Shown: positions 8,748 to 18,594, numbered from the stretch's first letter. The stretch is DNA of 64,000 nt from Promethearchaeati archaeon SRVP18_Atabeyarchaeia-1 (GCA_037308085.1 CP147779.1:1-64000), one strand, 5' to 3'. The notes: a model not told the origin generated them from the letters alone. Numbers and translations are program-made.

Positions 8748-10700
8748 TTGTTAATTGCCCGCAGGATAGTTCGAGGAGTAATGTCTAAATCCTCCTCGCT
8801 CCCGCTTAGACTCAAGGAGTTGGTTAGGATCACCGTTATCAGCGTCGTCCGGGCGCCCGTTGATATTAGGCTGCTATACCCTCCGATCGGCATGGCCTAC
8901 GTCACCAGCTACCTGAAGAGCCGCGGGCACAGCGTCAAGCAGATGGATCTTGCTGCAGAGATGAGGCTCGACCTCAGGTCGAGGCTAGCATTAGCTGAGT
9001 GTTCAAGAACAAGTAGAGTTTTGCTGAAAATCATATTCAGGGAGAGATATCCTGTCTCAGCTGAAGAGGTACATAGGGATCTTATGACGCCTGAAGTTAG
9101 GCACGTGTCCATACTTCCATCAGACTATAGTATCGAAGACGCGGCTAGTACGATCCAGCACATATCGGATCTTGTTAAGGATTGTAGCAACAGGATTATG
9201 CGGACCAAAGCTGATGCCATCGGTTTTCATGTCACCTGGGATTCGACTCTGCTCAGCCTACTAGTGGCAAAGAATTTGAAGGATAGGGACAAGGATCTAC
9301 GCATCGTTTTTGGAGGCCCAGACTGTTCAAGACTATTTAGAGGCAAGTTGATATCGCACCTGGGCTACGTCGACGCTGTTGTCACAGGTGAGGGGGAGAA
9401 AACCACGGGTGACCTGTTAGACGCGTGGGATAAGGGGCATTCGGCTCCTAAGAGAATGAAGGGCTGTCTGACCAACATAGACGGGAGAGTGGTAGATAAC
9501 GGCGAGCCTGATTTGGCCTCTAACCTGGATGCACTGCCGTTTCCTGATTACTCAGACTTGCCACTTAGAAGCTATACTGCGTTCTATGCGCTTCCCCTAC
9601 TGACTTCAAGAGGTTGCAGGTACAATTGTACCTTCTGTGTCGATAGGTTGGCTGTGTGGAACGGCACCTATAGGGAAAGAAGCATTGACAACGTCGTGAA
9701 GGAGATCGTTCAGCTCCATCAGAGATACGAGGTAAGAACACTCTACTTCTGCGACAGTTCCTTGAATCCTACTCTCCAAAGGCTAACCGGCTTGTGCGAC
9801 GGCATAGCTGAGGCAGAGAGGATAACCGGAGACGAGATTCTCTGGGGCGGGGATATCAGAGCATCGCCCCTCACGCGAGCTGCCCTACAGAAGATGCACG
9901 ACGTCGGTTGCAGGTACCTAATGTTTGGAGCCGAATCGGCGAGCCCACAGATCCTGCGCAGCATGGGAAAGGGAGTCACCGCAGAAAGAATGGCTGAAGT
10001 CTTCAAGTGGGCTAGAGAAGCAGGAATCTGGGTCTTCACCTACTGGATTGTCGGCTACCCAGGCGAGAAGGGAGATGACCTGATGGAATCGATGAAGTTT
10101 CTAGTGGAGAACAGCGAGAACATTGATGAGGCCTGCGTTGCTCCGTGTGAAGTTGGATATGGATCAGAGCTGTACCGAAGGAGAGGAGAGTTCAAGGTCA
10201 AGTTCCTGAAAAGTGCCATCAACCTGAGAAAAGAGTTAATGGTTCTAGAGAAGCATTCGCGAGGCTACAAGGTCTGGGTTGACCAATCAGGAACGAATAC
10301 ACCGATAGATAGACTCTACCGGAGAACCATCTTCGAAGCGTTAGCTAGGTCCCTTGGATACCCGAGCAACTGGGCCGTGTGGCCACCAATGCCGCCCATC
10401 GGAAAACTCAACCCCAACGACGTACCCGTCGCCGATGAGTACATCGTCCACAGGATAGAGGGGAAGATGAGTGAAGAAGAGATCTATATCGAGTCGAAGT
10501 CAACAATGGAATCCATGAAAGCAAGCCTTCAGCAGCTGCAAATACTTGAACTATGTGATGGAACCAGAAGCATCGGGGAAATCTCTGGAGTGATCCACGG
10601 CAGGGGGAAGACTAAAATGTCTCTGAATGAAACCATCGAAGACTCCTCAAGGATTCTGGGTGAAATGGTTAGAAGAGAGATCATTAGGCTACGGACATAG
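8748..10700 (+). CDS. B12-binding radical SAM enzyme with C-terminal PqqD/RRE-like segment
   Basis: PPIGMAYV, IVFGGP, VVTGEGE, LPFPDY, TSRGCRYNCTFC, GAESAS; C-terminal ILELCDGTRSIGEI; likely ATG at 8781. Confidence 0.9.
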   Translation: MLIARRIVRGVMSKSSSLPLRLKELVRITVISVVRAPVDIRLLYPPIGMAYVTSYLKSRGHSVKQMDLAAEMRLDLRSRLALAECSRTSRVLLKIIFRERYPVSAEEVHRDLMTPEVRHVSILPSDYSIEDAASTIQHISDLVKDCSNRIMRTKADAIGFHVTWDSTLLSLLVAKNLKDRDKDLRIVFGGPDCSRLFRGKLISHLGYVDAVVTGEGEKTTGDLLDAWDKGHSAPKRMKGCLTNIDGRVVDNGEPDLASNLDALPFPDYSDLPLRSYTAFYALPLLTSRGCRYNCTFCVDRLAVWNGTYRERSIDNVVKEIVQLHQRYEVRTLYFCDSSLNPTLQRLTGLCDGIAEAERITGDEILWGGDIRASPLTRAALQKMHDVGCRYLMFGAESASPQILRSMGKGVTAERMAEVFKWAREAGIWVFTYWIVGYPGEKGDDLMESMKFLVENSENIDEACVAPCEVGYGSELYRRRGEFKVKFLKSAINLRKELMVLEKHSRGYKVWVDQSGTNTPIDRLYRRTIFEALARSLGYPSNWAVWPPMPPIGKLNPNDVPVADEYIVHRIEGKMSEEEIYIESKSTMESMKASLQQLQILELCDGTRSIGEISGVIHGRGKTKMSLNETIEDSSRILGEMVRREIIRLRT

Positions 10701-10850
10701 GAAAGAAAACAGAGACATGACATTCTATGACTACGTGTATCTTTGTGAGATACTCATATCAGATCATGAAGAAAAGATAAGTAGGGCCTGCATGTTCTAT
10801 GATTACTCAGTTGAGGGCGGGACTGCCACGTAGGGAATTATGTTTGGTTT

Positions 10851-11186
10851 ATGGAGGGACGTTGGATGGCGACTGAAGAGAAGCGGTTCTTAAAACTTGA
10901 GGACATCAGGAAACGTCCGTTTTGTGGAAGAGATCTTGTCGAGGGCTACATGATTCCGCACGGAGGTCTTTTTTGGGACACAAGGAAACATGTGGGGTTT
11001 ATGCATGGCGGTCCGGTCAAGTGGAGCCAGAGAAACATTCCTGCTCGACTTTGTACGGAATGTGACGTATACATGATCACTGGGCAACCACCATATCTAA
11101 AGACATGCCCCAAATGTGCATGTGAGATACCGATAGAAGAAAAGGAGTGCGAGTTCTGCGGAGCACGCCATCCGGCCAGAATGTAG
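10851..11186 (+). CDS. small zinc-ribbon protein
   Basis: xPFCG (first Cys is Arg), CTEC, CPKC, CEFCG. Confidence 0.7.
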   Translation: MEGRWMATEEKRFLKLEDIRKRPFCGRDLVEGYMIPHGGLFWDTRKHVGFMHGGPVKWSQRNIPARLCTECDVYMITGQPPYLKTCPKCACEIPIEEKECEFCGARHPARM

Positions 11187-11538
11187 TCGCTGGAACTGAA
11201 AACCAGACGGGCTTTGGTTTGTCTCGCTGAAAAGGCTCCGTCTCCTCTCAATAAGAAGCCGCAGTCTTGTTGCCTCCGAATGGACACGCAGGACGCATTG
11301 GCGCAGATTGCTCCAAGAAGACTTCGGGCGGTCCCGAAAGGCTCATACTCTTGCCGAGGAGAAAGTGCCCATGAAGTGGAGAAAAACAGATTCGGGGTGG
11401 CAAGGTCTTCCCCCGAATCAGAAGGACAGATAAATGCCTCTTATACCCCAGAGTAGAGTCATCCTATAGCAATAGTCCTTGGAGGTAACTCAAATCATCG
11501 GCGATCATGCTATGCGCGTCGATAGTATTTTAGTGTTG

Positions 11539-12441
11539 TTACGATTCTCCAGCAGGCAGCGTCTTGCTGAGCATGCTGATTAGCTCGAAGGTCAGCTTAG
11601 CCGCGGCGACAGAGGTGATTCCGCTGGGATCATTCGGCGGTGATACTTCGACCACGTCGAATCCTTTTACCCGCGGGCTGACTATGCCTTGTATTATGTT
11701 TATGAGTGCGGTTAGGCTTATTCCTTCAGGTTCAGGGTTCCCGACGCCTGGTGCAACTGATGGATCTAGGCAGTCGATGTCTATCGTCAGGTAGATCTTC
11801 GGAGAAGCCTGCAGGAGCTTCTTAATCTTCTCTGCGGGTTCCCTCCAGTTACTGTTGACAGTTTCTGAGGTGAGGAAGCTCAGCTTGTTCTCCTTGGCGA
11901 ACACGTATTCTTCTTTGCTTGGTGCCCGTGTGCCGACTTCGATGATGTGGGGTACTCCAACTTCTTCTGATATTCTCCTCATCACCGAGGCGTGAGACCA
12001 TTTTTCCCCCAAGTAGTCGTTTCGGAGGTCCATGTGAGCGTCGAATTGCACGACGGTTGTGTCTTTGCCGAGTGCCTTGACTGCGCCATATGTCACGGAG
12101 TGCTCACCACCAAGCATAATCGGGATTTTTCTGCTCTTGATTATCTCGCTTGTGAGTCGCTCCACGTTCTTGTTTGTCTCTTGGAGGTTTCCGTGTATGA
12201 CCCATAGGTCCCCTATGTCGCATATCTTTAGGTGTTCAATATCTTCCATGGTTCGCAGAGAGAATGTCTCGATATTGCACGAGGCTTCTCTTATTGCTGA
12301 TGGGCCAAACCTGGATCCAGGCTTGTAGGAGCTTGTGCCATCAAACGGAACGCCGAAGACTATGAACTGAGAATCCTCGTAGGGTGACACATAGCCCGAG
12401 AAGAAGTTTGGCGGCGTAGTTAGGAACTTAATCGTATCCAT
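11539..12441 (-). CDS. speB: agmatinase
   Basis: GSRFGP, GGEHS, FDAHMD, SHAS, IDIDCLDP ureohydrolase motifs. Confidence 0.95.
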   Translation of the reverse strand: MDTIKFLTTPPNFFSGYVSPYEDSQFIVFGVPFDGTSSYKPGSRFGPSAIREASCNIETFSLRTMEDIEHLKICDIGDLWVIHGNLQETNKNVERLTSEIIKSRKIPIMLGGEHSVTYGAVKALGKDTTVVQFDAHMDLRNDYLGEKWSHASVMRRISEEVGVPHIIEVGTRAPSKEEYVFAKENKLSFLTSETVNSNWREPAEKIKKLLQASPKIYLTIDIDCLDPSVAPGVGNPEPEGISLTALINIIQGIVSPRVKGFDVVEVSPPNDPSGITSVAAAKLTFELISMLSKTLPAGES

Positions 12442-12456
12442 TTATGAGCCCTGCCC

Positions 12457-13530
12457 TTATACTTGTTGGATTGATTTTAGTTCCATTTTATCCCAAGTGA
12501 ATTTCAATCTACGTCTCTTTGTGATGGAGTCGCTGCATTTCTGTATAAGCGCTGTTACAAGGATTGGGAGTCCGACGGTTGCGTCTATGTAAGCCGTTCC
12601 CATCTTTGCGTCTTTAGTTATCTTCCCCCATGATTGGGCTTCCTCGAATGTACAACCTGAGAGTCCTCCCCACTTGGCGTCGTCCGTCGTTAGTTGAATC
12701 GCATATTTATGCCCTATACTATCGAATCCAAGGACTTCAAGCACAACCTCGATCTGCTGAATGTAGTTCTTGGGGGTTCCCCCACCGACGTAGACCACTC
12801 CGGTTGAGCTTGATTTCAGCTTGATCTGCGCGATCTGCCAGTTGTCTGCTATTGGGTCTATTGTCACGGATTTCCGGTTTTCCTTCAGCGACTCGTACAG
12901 GTGCTTTGTGAGTGCTATCCCTATCGAGCTATCATTCAGAGCTGGACAGAAGACTGGTGTACCGTACTCCGCGGCTTTGCCCAGTATTGAGTCGGTACCC
13001 TTCACTGCCTGTCCGAGCTTCTCCAGGAACTCCCTCGACGAATAGGCACGGGGCTCCATCTTCTCGGCTATCTTCTTTATTGCATCATCACTTTCCCTGA
13101 ACTTCTCCTCATCTGCGAAAGTGTCATAGATCCTATCAATGAATAGTTCTCGGAGTTTGGTGTCGTTGACTTGGTGTGAGCCTAGATAATGCCTGTATCC
13201 CCGCGCTTCATGCCAGTCGTGGTAGAGATTTGCGCCAGTGCTAACCAAGACGTCAATCAGCCTGTTCTCGATCATTGAGATGACTACTTTCTTCATTCCA
13301 GCTGGAACCATCGCGCCGGCGAAACCTAGGAAGACTGTCGGTCGATCCGGGGCGGAAATCATGTTGCGGTAAGCATTGAAGCAACGAGCTAGGTTCCTGC
13401 TTTGATAGGAAGTGTGCTCGAAGGCCTCAACAAGATCACCAACCGTCATGTCCGCCCTAGGCTCTATCGGCTTTATTGGCTCCTTCAGGTATTCGGATTT
13501 GTCGCCCTTAACCATGGGAACTGCACACAC
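12457..13530 (-). CDS. dys: deoxyhypusine synthase
   Basis: STGANLYHD, RIYD, CPALNDSSIG, GGGTPKN, GGLSGCTFEEAQSWGK (active-site Lys); likely ATG at 13515. Confidence 0.9.
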   Translation of the reverse strand: MCAVPMVKGDKSEYLKEPIKPIEPRADMTVGDLVEAFEHTSYQSRNLARCFNAYRNMISAPDRPTVFLGFAGAMVPAGMKKVVISMIENRLIDVLVSTGANLYHDWHEARGYRHYLGSHQVNDTKLRELFIDRIYDTFADEEKFRESDDAIKKIAEKMEPRAYSSREFLEKLGQAVKGTDSILGKAAEYGTPVFCPALNDSSIGIALTKHLYESLKENRKSVTIDPIADNWQIAQIKLKSSSTGVVYVGGGTPKNYIQQIEVVLEVLGFDSIGHKYAIQLTTDDAKWGGLSGCTFEEAQSWGKITKDAKMGTAYIDATVGLPILVTALIQKCSDSITKRRRLKFTWDKMELKSIQQV

Positions 13531-13727
13531 CTTTCTAACTGTAGATTAGCATGCTCAATATGAGATTCTTAGTATCTGCCTTAAAAATCATGCCCATAGC
13601 CTGAGCCTTCGGCGCATTAAATGCCCATACGACCGACGGCTGATAAGGAAGAATGGCGCTCTGATCCAATAACTATCGGTTGCCCATTTGCCTGTGGCTA
13701 TACTTTCGCCTGGTCCAGGACTGGCAA

Positions 13728-14735
13728 CTACTGAGTTTGCCCGCCAGCCTTCAACGTTGTTATGGGTCGCGATTGTAGCACATATACTCTTCCGTCTTCT
13801 ATGGCCCATTCTATATCTTGAGGAAAATCGAGTTTGCCCTCCAGCCGGAGACCCAACTCCAAAAGTTCGCGCATTTGGCAGTCATTCAAAGAGCATCTGG
13901 CTCTAAGTTTGGGGTCCGTGTCTATAGTAATCGTGCCAATGTCTCGAGGGTTTCTGACTGAGGTTTTCTCTTTTTCGCCAATGACAGCCCTAAGGATCTT
14001 GAAGCGTTTCTTCTCAAGCACAATCATATCAGGTACTACGGAATTGTTGGCGATGGCCTCACCTAGCCCCCAGGTCGAATTTATCATCATTTGGTCCCTG
14101 TTATTGTTCATTACATTTGCGGTGAACATAACTCCAGAAACCTGTGAATCGATCATCTTCTGAATGACCACAGCCATATGCACATCTGACAGCGGGTACT
14201 TCTTTCCCACCCTTTCCATTTGAACGAAATAGGCTAGCGCTTGAAGTGAGAACAATGATGCCCAGCAATTTCTTACCGCGAGCAGGATCTGTCTGAGTGA
14301 ATTATTGTTCAGGTACGTTTCGTATTGCCCTGCGAATGAAAAGGTGCTCATGTCTTCAATTGTTGCGGAAGATCTTACGGCAAAGGAATCCTCATTTCCT
14401 GATTCCTTCCTCATTCTGTTGAGCGCGATTCTTACTTCTCTTGCCACACCTCTTGGAACCTCTGATTCGAGAACCAGCTTTCTTATGCTTCTTGAAAGGT
14501 TCACTACGTCTCGCGGTTGAGGGCTTTTTGAGAGCAATTCCCTGAGCTGGGTTCTGTACTTCGATTCCTCAAGAAACCTGTCGTAGGATGCTACAGTGAT
14601 TATGAATCCTGGTGGAACATTCGCTCCAATATTGACTAGTCTTACGATGTTCGAACCTTTGCCTCCTAATGAAGCGGGATCTGGGTTCGCCTCATTGAAG
14701 AAAACCACGTATCTCATTTCTTGGCATGCCTTCAA
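13728..14735 (-). CDS. stand-alone PEP synthase/PPDK N-terminal ATP-binding domain
   Basis: GGKG, VPPGF, AVRSSATIED, SFAGQYETYLN, SGVMFT, WGLGE, PQDIEWA, LQSRPIT, then stop. Confidence 0.9.
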   Translation of the reverse strand: MKACQEMRYVVFFNEANPDPASLGGKGSNIVRLVNIGANVPPGFIITVASYDRFLEESKYRTQLRELLSKSPQPRDVVNLSRSIRKLVLESEVPRGVAREVRIALNRMRKESGNEDSFAVRSSATIEDMSTFSFAGQYETYLNNNSLRQILLAVRNCWASLFSLQALAYFVQMERVGKKYPLSDVHMAVVIQKMIDSQVSGVMFTANVMNNNRDQMMINSTWGLGEAIANNSVVPDMIVLEKKRFKILRAVIGEKEKTSVRNPRDIGTITIDTDPKLRARCSLNDCQMRELLELGLRLEGKLDFPQDIEWAIEDGRVYVLQSRPITTLKAGGQTQ

Positions 14736-14757
14736 GCTCGGCTTTCGCCGCCATCAG

Positions 14758-15126
14758 TCATTCAATGGCGTATAGAACTCCCCTATCCTCGTCTTCTGTC
14801 ACGATTTTGGCTCTAGTTCCGCCTAGCGTAGTCAAGTTTTTCAGCTTGATCTTTATGCCCATGATGCAGGGGATATTGAACTCTCTGGAAACGATCGCGA
14901 GATGCGAGCCGGCTCCACCTGTTGTGCAGACGGTTCCAGCCAGTTCTGAAAGAATCGGTCCAAGGGTCGTCGTGCCAGCATCTTCAACGATGCATATTTT
15001 TCCTGAGGCTTTGTCAAATAGATCCATCACGTCTTCAACTGTCTTGATATACACTAGTTCTCCGGTAGCTTCGGATTTCGTTGAGCAGGAGAGCCCTTCA
15101 CCGATCTTCTTCATTTGCGTCATCAA
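14758..15126 (-). CDS. stand-alone PEP-utilising phospho-His swivel (mobile) domain
   Basis: TTGGAGSHLAIVSREFNIPCIMG signature. Confidence 0.9.
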   Translation of the reverse strand: MMTQMKKIGEGLSCSTKSEATGELVYIKTVEDVMDLFDKASGKICIVEDAGTTTLGPILSELAGTVCTTGGAGSHLAIVSREFNIPCIMGIKIKLKNLTTLGGTRAKIVTEDEDRGVLYAIE

Positions 15127-15208
15127 TCCGGTCGTGGTCGGTACCTTTTATGATTCGTTAATTCCTTCTGATATAAATAGGTTCGAGTCGCAATTTGGAA
15201 AGTCTTAT

Positions 15209-15440
15209 TGCAAACGCGGACCAGAAAGCCTACACCCTTTAGGAGTGGGATGAATGGATGGTTAAATAGGGGAACGCGCATCCGTCTGGGTAGTAGGTAC
15301 GGTGCGTGCCGAATCTACGCCTGCGGAGATCGAAGCCACTACCCTGGCGCCACCTGGGCACCTCAGCGGCTCCCAACGTGCCGAGGCAAGCTCGGTCTAT
15401 GAACCAGGAAGCCAAACCCCTTAAGGGGTTGGTAGCTCAC
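15209..15440 (+). mobile_element. non-autonomous IS200/IS605-type mini-element carrying a TnpB-type omegaRNA scaffold
   Basis: left hairpin after AAAG (CCTACACCCTTTAGGAGTGGG); right end GAAG-CCAAACCCCTTAAGGGGTTGG-TAGC-TCAC; internal TACGCCTGCGGAGAT typical of tnpB 3' ends; left boundary tentative. Confidence 0.75.
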
Positions 15441-15486
15441 TAAAGAGGATAGGTAATTTAGAAAAAAGGTTTATGAAGGGAGCCGC

Positions 15487-16656
15487 TTGCCTCCAAAGCC
15501 CCAACCAAGAGCAATTAACGAACTTATTACTCGTTTGTCGGAAGTCGTCGATTACCAGGTGACTAGCAGAGGTCTTCTCGAATCCAAGCTTTTTCCCGTC
15601 ACCGCCTACATCTGCGTATCCTTCTACAATAGCTATGACATGCTTTACCCCGTTTTGAAGAAGGTATCTGAGAAGACCACACCAGAACGAATGGGGAAAG
15701 AAAGTAGGAAGATTCTGTCAGAGCTTCACGCGCTGACGATATTCTACATCCCCTTGTATTACATGTCTGGTCGAATGGGGTACATATTCAGGAACAAGGG
15801 CGACCCAAGAAGCGAAAGCGAAGAGAAAAGGGAGCAGACCATGTTTATCCTCGGCTTCTGGAACCGCTTGAGCTCCTCATACTTCCCTGGAGGGAAGAAT
15901 ACTGTTTACGAATCAAACAAGATGAACATCGCGCTAAACCAACCTGACATAGACTGGGTTAGGGATCACATCAAGAGTGTGAAGAGCGAAGAGGTTGCCA
16001 AAGTCAAGAAAACAATGGCTAGCCTCGACTTGGTCACCTATCTGGACGAATGTGAAGCCAGGGCGAAACTCGGCGAACACGGTCCTTACAGAATCAACGA
16101 CGGAGAAACGATAGTTCTCCGAGAAATTCTCCACCTTTACGATGGAGGAAAACCCCACTTTCCCTGGTCCGCAACTCAAGCCAAGGCACCTCACTCTAAC
16201 ATAGCATTTGCGTTCCGCTTGAAAGACGTCGAATCCAGGTTCGATGATTTCTCCCAGATAACAACCAAGCCCGTCGATTTCACAAATAACATAACTGGAG
16301 TTGCCTTGTTTACTCGTGAGGGGAACACGGTTAAACCCCTTGATCTTGACGTTCTAGAAGGATTCGCTGATTATGCCGCTAAAGCTAACAAGGAACTATT
16401 CATGAAGTTCTCTAAGTGGGACAAACGTCAGAGGCTAATTGCAGGGGCCTTTGCGTATTGCTACGGCTATGCTAGATACACCAACTTCGTTGGCATCACT
16501 GACCAGATAAAATGGGATCTGACTGAAAACACGATGAATACGTACGTGCCGATTTTCATGAAGAGCGATTTTGACCCAGCCATACCTAGACTCATGAGGG
16601 GCAAGGCGCAGAAACAGAAGGAAGGACCTTCGCTCTACTTGCTCCCAGAGGACTGA
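15487..16656 (+). CDS. hypothetical protein, candidate substrate-binding partner of the split dikinase
   Basis: 389-aa ORF divergent from the His-swivel gene; DECEARAKLGEHGPY motif; function inferred from context only. Confidence 0.7.
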   Translation: MPPKPQPRAINELITRLSEVVDYQVTSRGLLESKLFPVTAYICVSFYNSYDMLYPVLKKVSEKTTPERMGKESRKILSELHALTIFYIPLYYMSGRMGYIFRNKGDPRSESEEKREQTMFILGFWNRLSSSYFPGGKNTVYESNKMNIALNQPDIDWVRDHIKSVKSEEVAKVKKTMASLDLVTYLDECEARAKLGEHGPYRINDGETIVLREILHLYDGGKPHFPWSATQAKAPHSNIAFAFRLKDVESRFDDFSQITTKPVDFTNNITGVALFTREGNTVKPLDLDVLEGFADYAAKANKELFMKFSKWDKRQRLIAGAFAYCYGYARYTNFVGITDQIKWDLTENTMNTYVPIFMKSDFDPAIPRLMRGKAQKQKEGPSLYLLPED

Positions 16657-16661
16657 ACCCA

Positions 16662-17588
16662 ATGAATACAAGTGAGAATGAGCCAAGCCTGGCTGAAGAG
16701 GACGAGTTGCTTCATCGCCCGACAAAGGAGTTGAAGTGGCGGGAATCGTACTACTTCAACTGGGTCGACCTTAAGAGAAGGGTTTCTGGCTTCTCGACGA
16801 TAGGCCTGGTGCCGAACGAAGGAAAGAGAGAGTTTGTCCTCGCCCTCTTCACTGCAAATCAAGTTGACGTTCACTACCAAGAACCCAAGCTAGACGCATA
16901 TTCAGGTGACATCAACTCGATGCTGCAAGACGGTAACCTGGCGTACAAGCTTGTCAGACCCTTCAAGGAGTGGAAAATAAACTATTCGAGTCCGAAGTTT
17001 AGGCTCGATCTGACTTTCAGGGCAAGGTTTTCGACATTCAACTTCCCCGCAGATTCATCTGGTTCATGGCAACACCATTTTGAGGCCCCGGGAACCATGT
17101 CAGGCTGGATCAAGTACAAGGACGGAGCCGTCAAGAACATTTCGGGATACGCTCAACGTGACAAAAGCTGGGGTCATAGAGACTGGTTCAAGTTCGACAA
17201 GTGGTTCGCCGGTCAATTCCAATTCAAGAGCTGGTCAGCCGCATTCCGAAAGGACTATCCAGGCAATAGAATTGACCTCTCAGGTTACATCACCAGCAAG
17301 GAGGGAAGTAGTCCCCTTACAAAGATGGATATTGAAACGGTAAGTGACACTGACCGGTTTGGAACCCCGCTCTCATCAAAATTCGACTTCGCTGATGCAA
17401 AAGGCAGACGGCATGCCATTAAATCCGAGCGCATCTCGAAGAACACCTATTTCCGGTTTGCCAGGCCCTTCCCCGGAGGTTACACTGAGCTTTACGAGCA
17501 GATGGTCATCATGAAGGACGTTGACACTGGTGAAATAGGTTCGGGAATGGCTGAGTATCTTCGGACGACGAAGGATCGACGTATTTGA
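16662..17588 (+). CDS. AttH/CrtC/tocopherol-cyclase-like beta-barrel protein
   Basis: WRESYYFNWVD, HFEAPG, GYAQRDKSWGHRDW, GSGMAEYL. Confidence 0.6.
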   Translation: MNTSENEPSLAEEDELLHRPTKELKWRESYYFNWVDLKRRVSGFSTIGLVPNEGKREFVLALFTANQVDVHYQEPKLDAYSGDINSMLQDGNLAYKLVRPFKEWKINYSSPKFRLDLTFRARFSTFNFPADSSGSWQHHFEAPGTMSGWIKYKDGAVKNISGYAQRDKSWGHRDWFKFDKWFAGQFQFKSWSAAFRKDYPGNRIDLSGYITSKEGSSPLTKMDIETVSDTDRFGTPLSSKFDFADAKGRRHAIKSERISKNTYFRFARPFPGGYTELYEQMVIMKDVDTGEIGSGMAEYLRTTKDRRI

Positions 17589-17716
17589 GGGCAAGGATGC
17601 GGAAATTGACGTAATGGGACGCTTTAAACTCTCTCAGATTAATATATACGGACAACTCAAGGTGTCGCTCAAGCATGATATCTACTTCAAGGTGATCGAG
17701 AAGCGAGGCGCTGAAC

Positions 17717-18586
17717 ATGTGCAAATGGTGTATGAAACACGGTGCTGGCGGAAAATGGTATATGAACGCCAGAAACTACTCCGACGAGCTTGCCAAAGAA
17801 ATGAACATGAAGGAATATCTGCAGGAACAGTGGATGGCCATGGAGAACCTGTTCATTAGAAGAATCAAGGGATTCTCTTCGATTGATCTGGGTCGCAAGC
17901 TGAAGATGCCTATCATAGGCAGAATACTTCGTCGCTCCGCAGAAGGCATGATCCATAGCGAGAAGAAGGGTAGAGTTGCTTTCAGGGCAGATGGTCACTT
18001 CGGTCAGACAATTCCTCTGGAGGATGCACAGTTAATCGTTTCCGAGTTGGCGGCAGAGCCCATAATTGAAAACTACTGTATGTGCCGTTGGATGCAGAGA
18101 GGCATAAAGGAATGCTGTTGCATCAACTTTGGCGCTTTGTCTGAAATCATAGAGAAGCTGCCACGGTATATTCCAGCTGACCATTCGGTGAGGATAACTC
18201 GGGAAACTGCAGTAAAAAGGCTGGAGGAGCACAACAAGAAGGGATACATTGCGTCTGTTTGGTTCCAGCCAGTTCCCTATATAAACGCCGTATGCTCATG
18301 TGAAAGCCCCGAATGCGGAGGGCTAAGACTGAGGACTAACTTCGATTTGCACTCCTTCTACAAGGCTGAATACATCATTCAGTTGGACGAGACAAAGTGT
18401 AAGGGTTGCAAGTCATGCGTTTCCATGTGCCAGTTTAGCGCGATCAGGTTCATTCCATCGCAGAAGAGAGTCATAATCGACTACGACAAGTGCTTTGGAT
18501 GTGGTGTTTGTCGCCACGCCTGTAAGAATGAGGCACTTAAGCTCATCCCAAGGGAGGAATATCCGGGATTCGACGGAGCATACTAG
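17717..18586 (+). CDS. 4Fe-4S dicluster protein with extra N-terminal and central Cys motifs (copy 1)
   Basis: MCKWCMKHG, CMC, CCC, CSCESPEC, CKGCKSCVSMC, CFGCGVCRHAC. Confidence 0.85.
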   Translation: MCKWCMKHGAGGKWYMNARNYSDELAKEMNMKEYLQEQWMAMENLFIRRIKGFSSIDLGRKLKMPIIGRILRRSAEGMIHSEKKGRVAFRADGHFGQTIPLEDAQLIVSELAAEPIIENYCMCRWMQRGIKECCCINFGALSEIIEKLPRYIPADHSVRITRETAVKRLEEHNKKGYIASVWFQPVPYINAVCSCESPECGGLRLRTNFDLHSFYKAEYIIQLDETKCKGCKSCVSMCQFSAIRFIPSQKRVIIDYDKCFGCGVCRHACKNEALKLIPREEYPGFDGAY

Positions 18587-18594
18587 GTGATCGC

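Noticed and set aside
15208-15402. 64-aa ORF
   Set aside because: It lies within the mini-element; at most a tnpB tail remnant.
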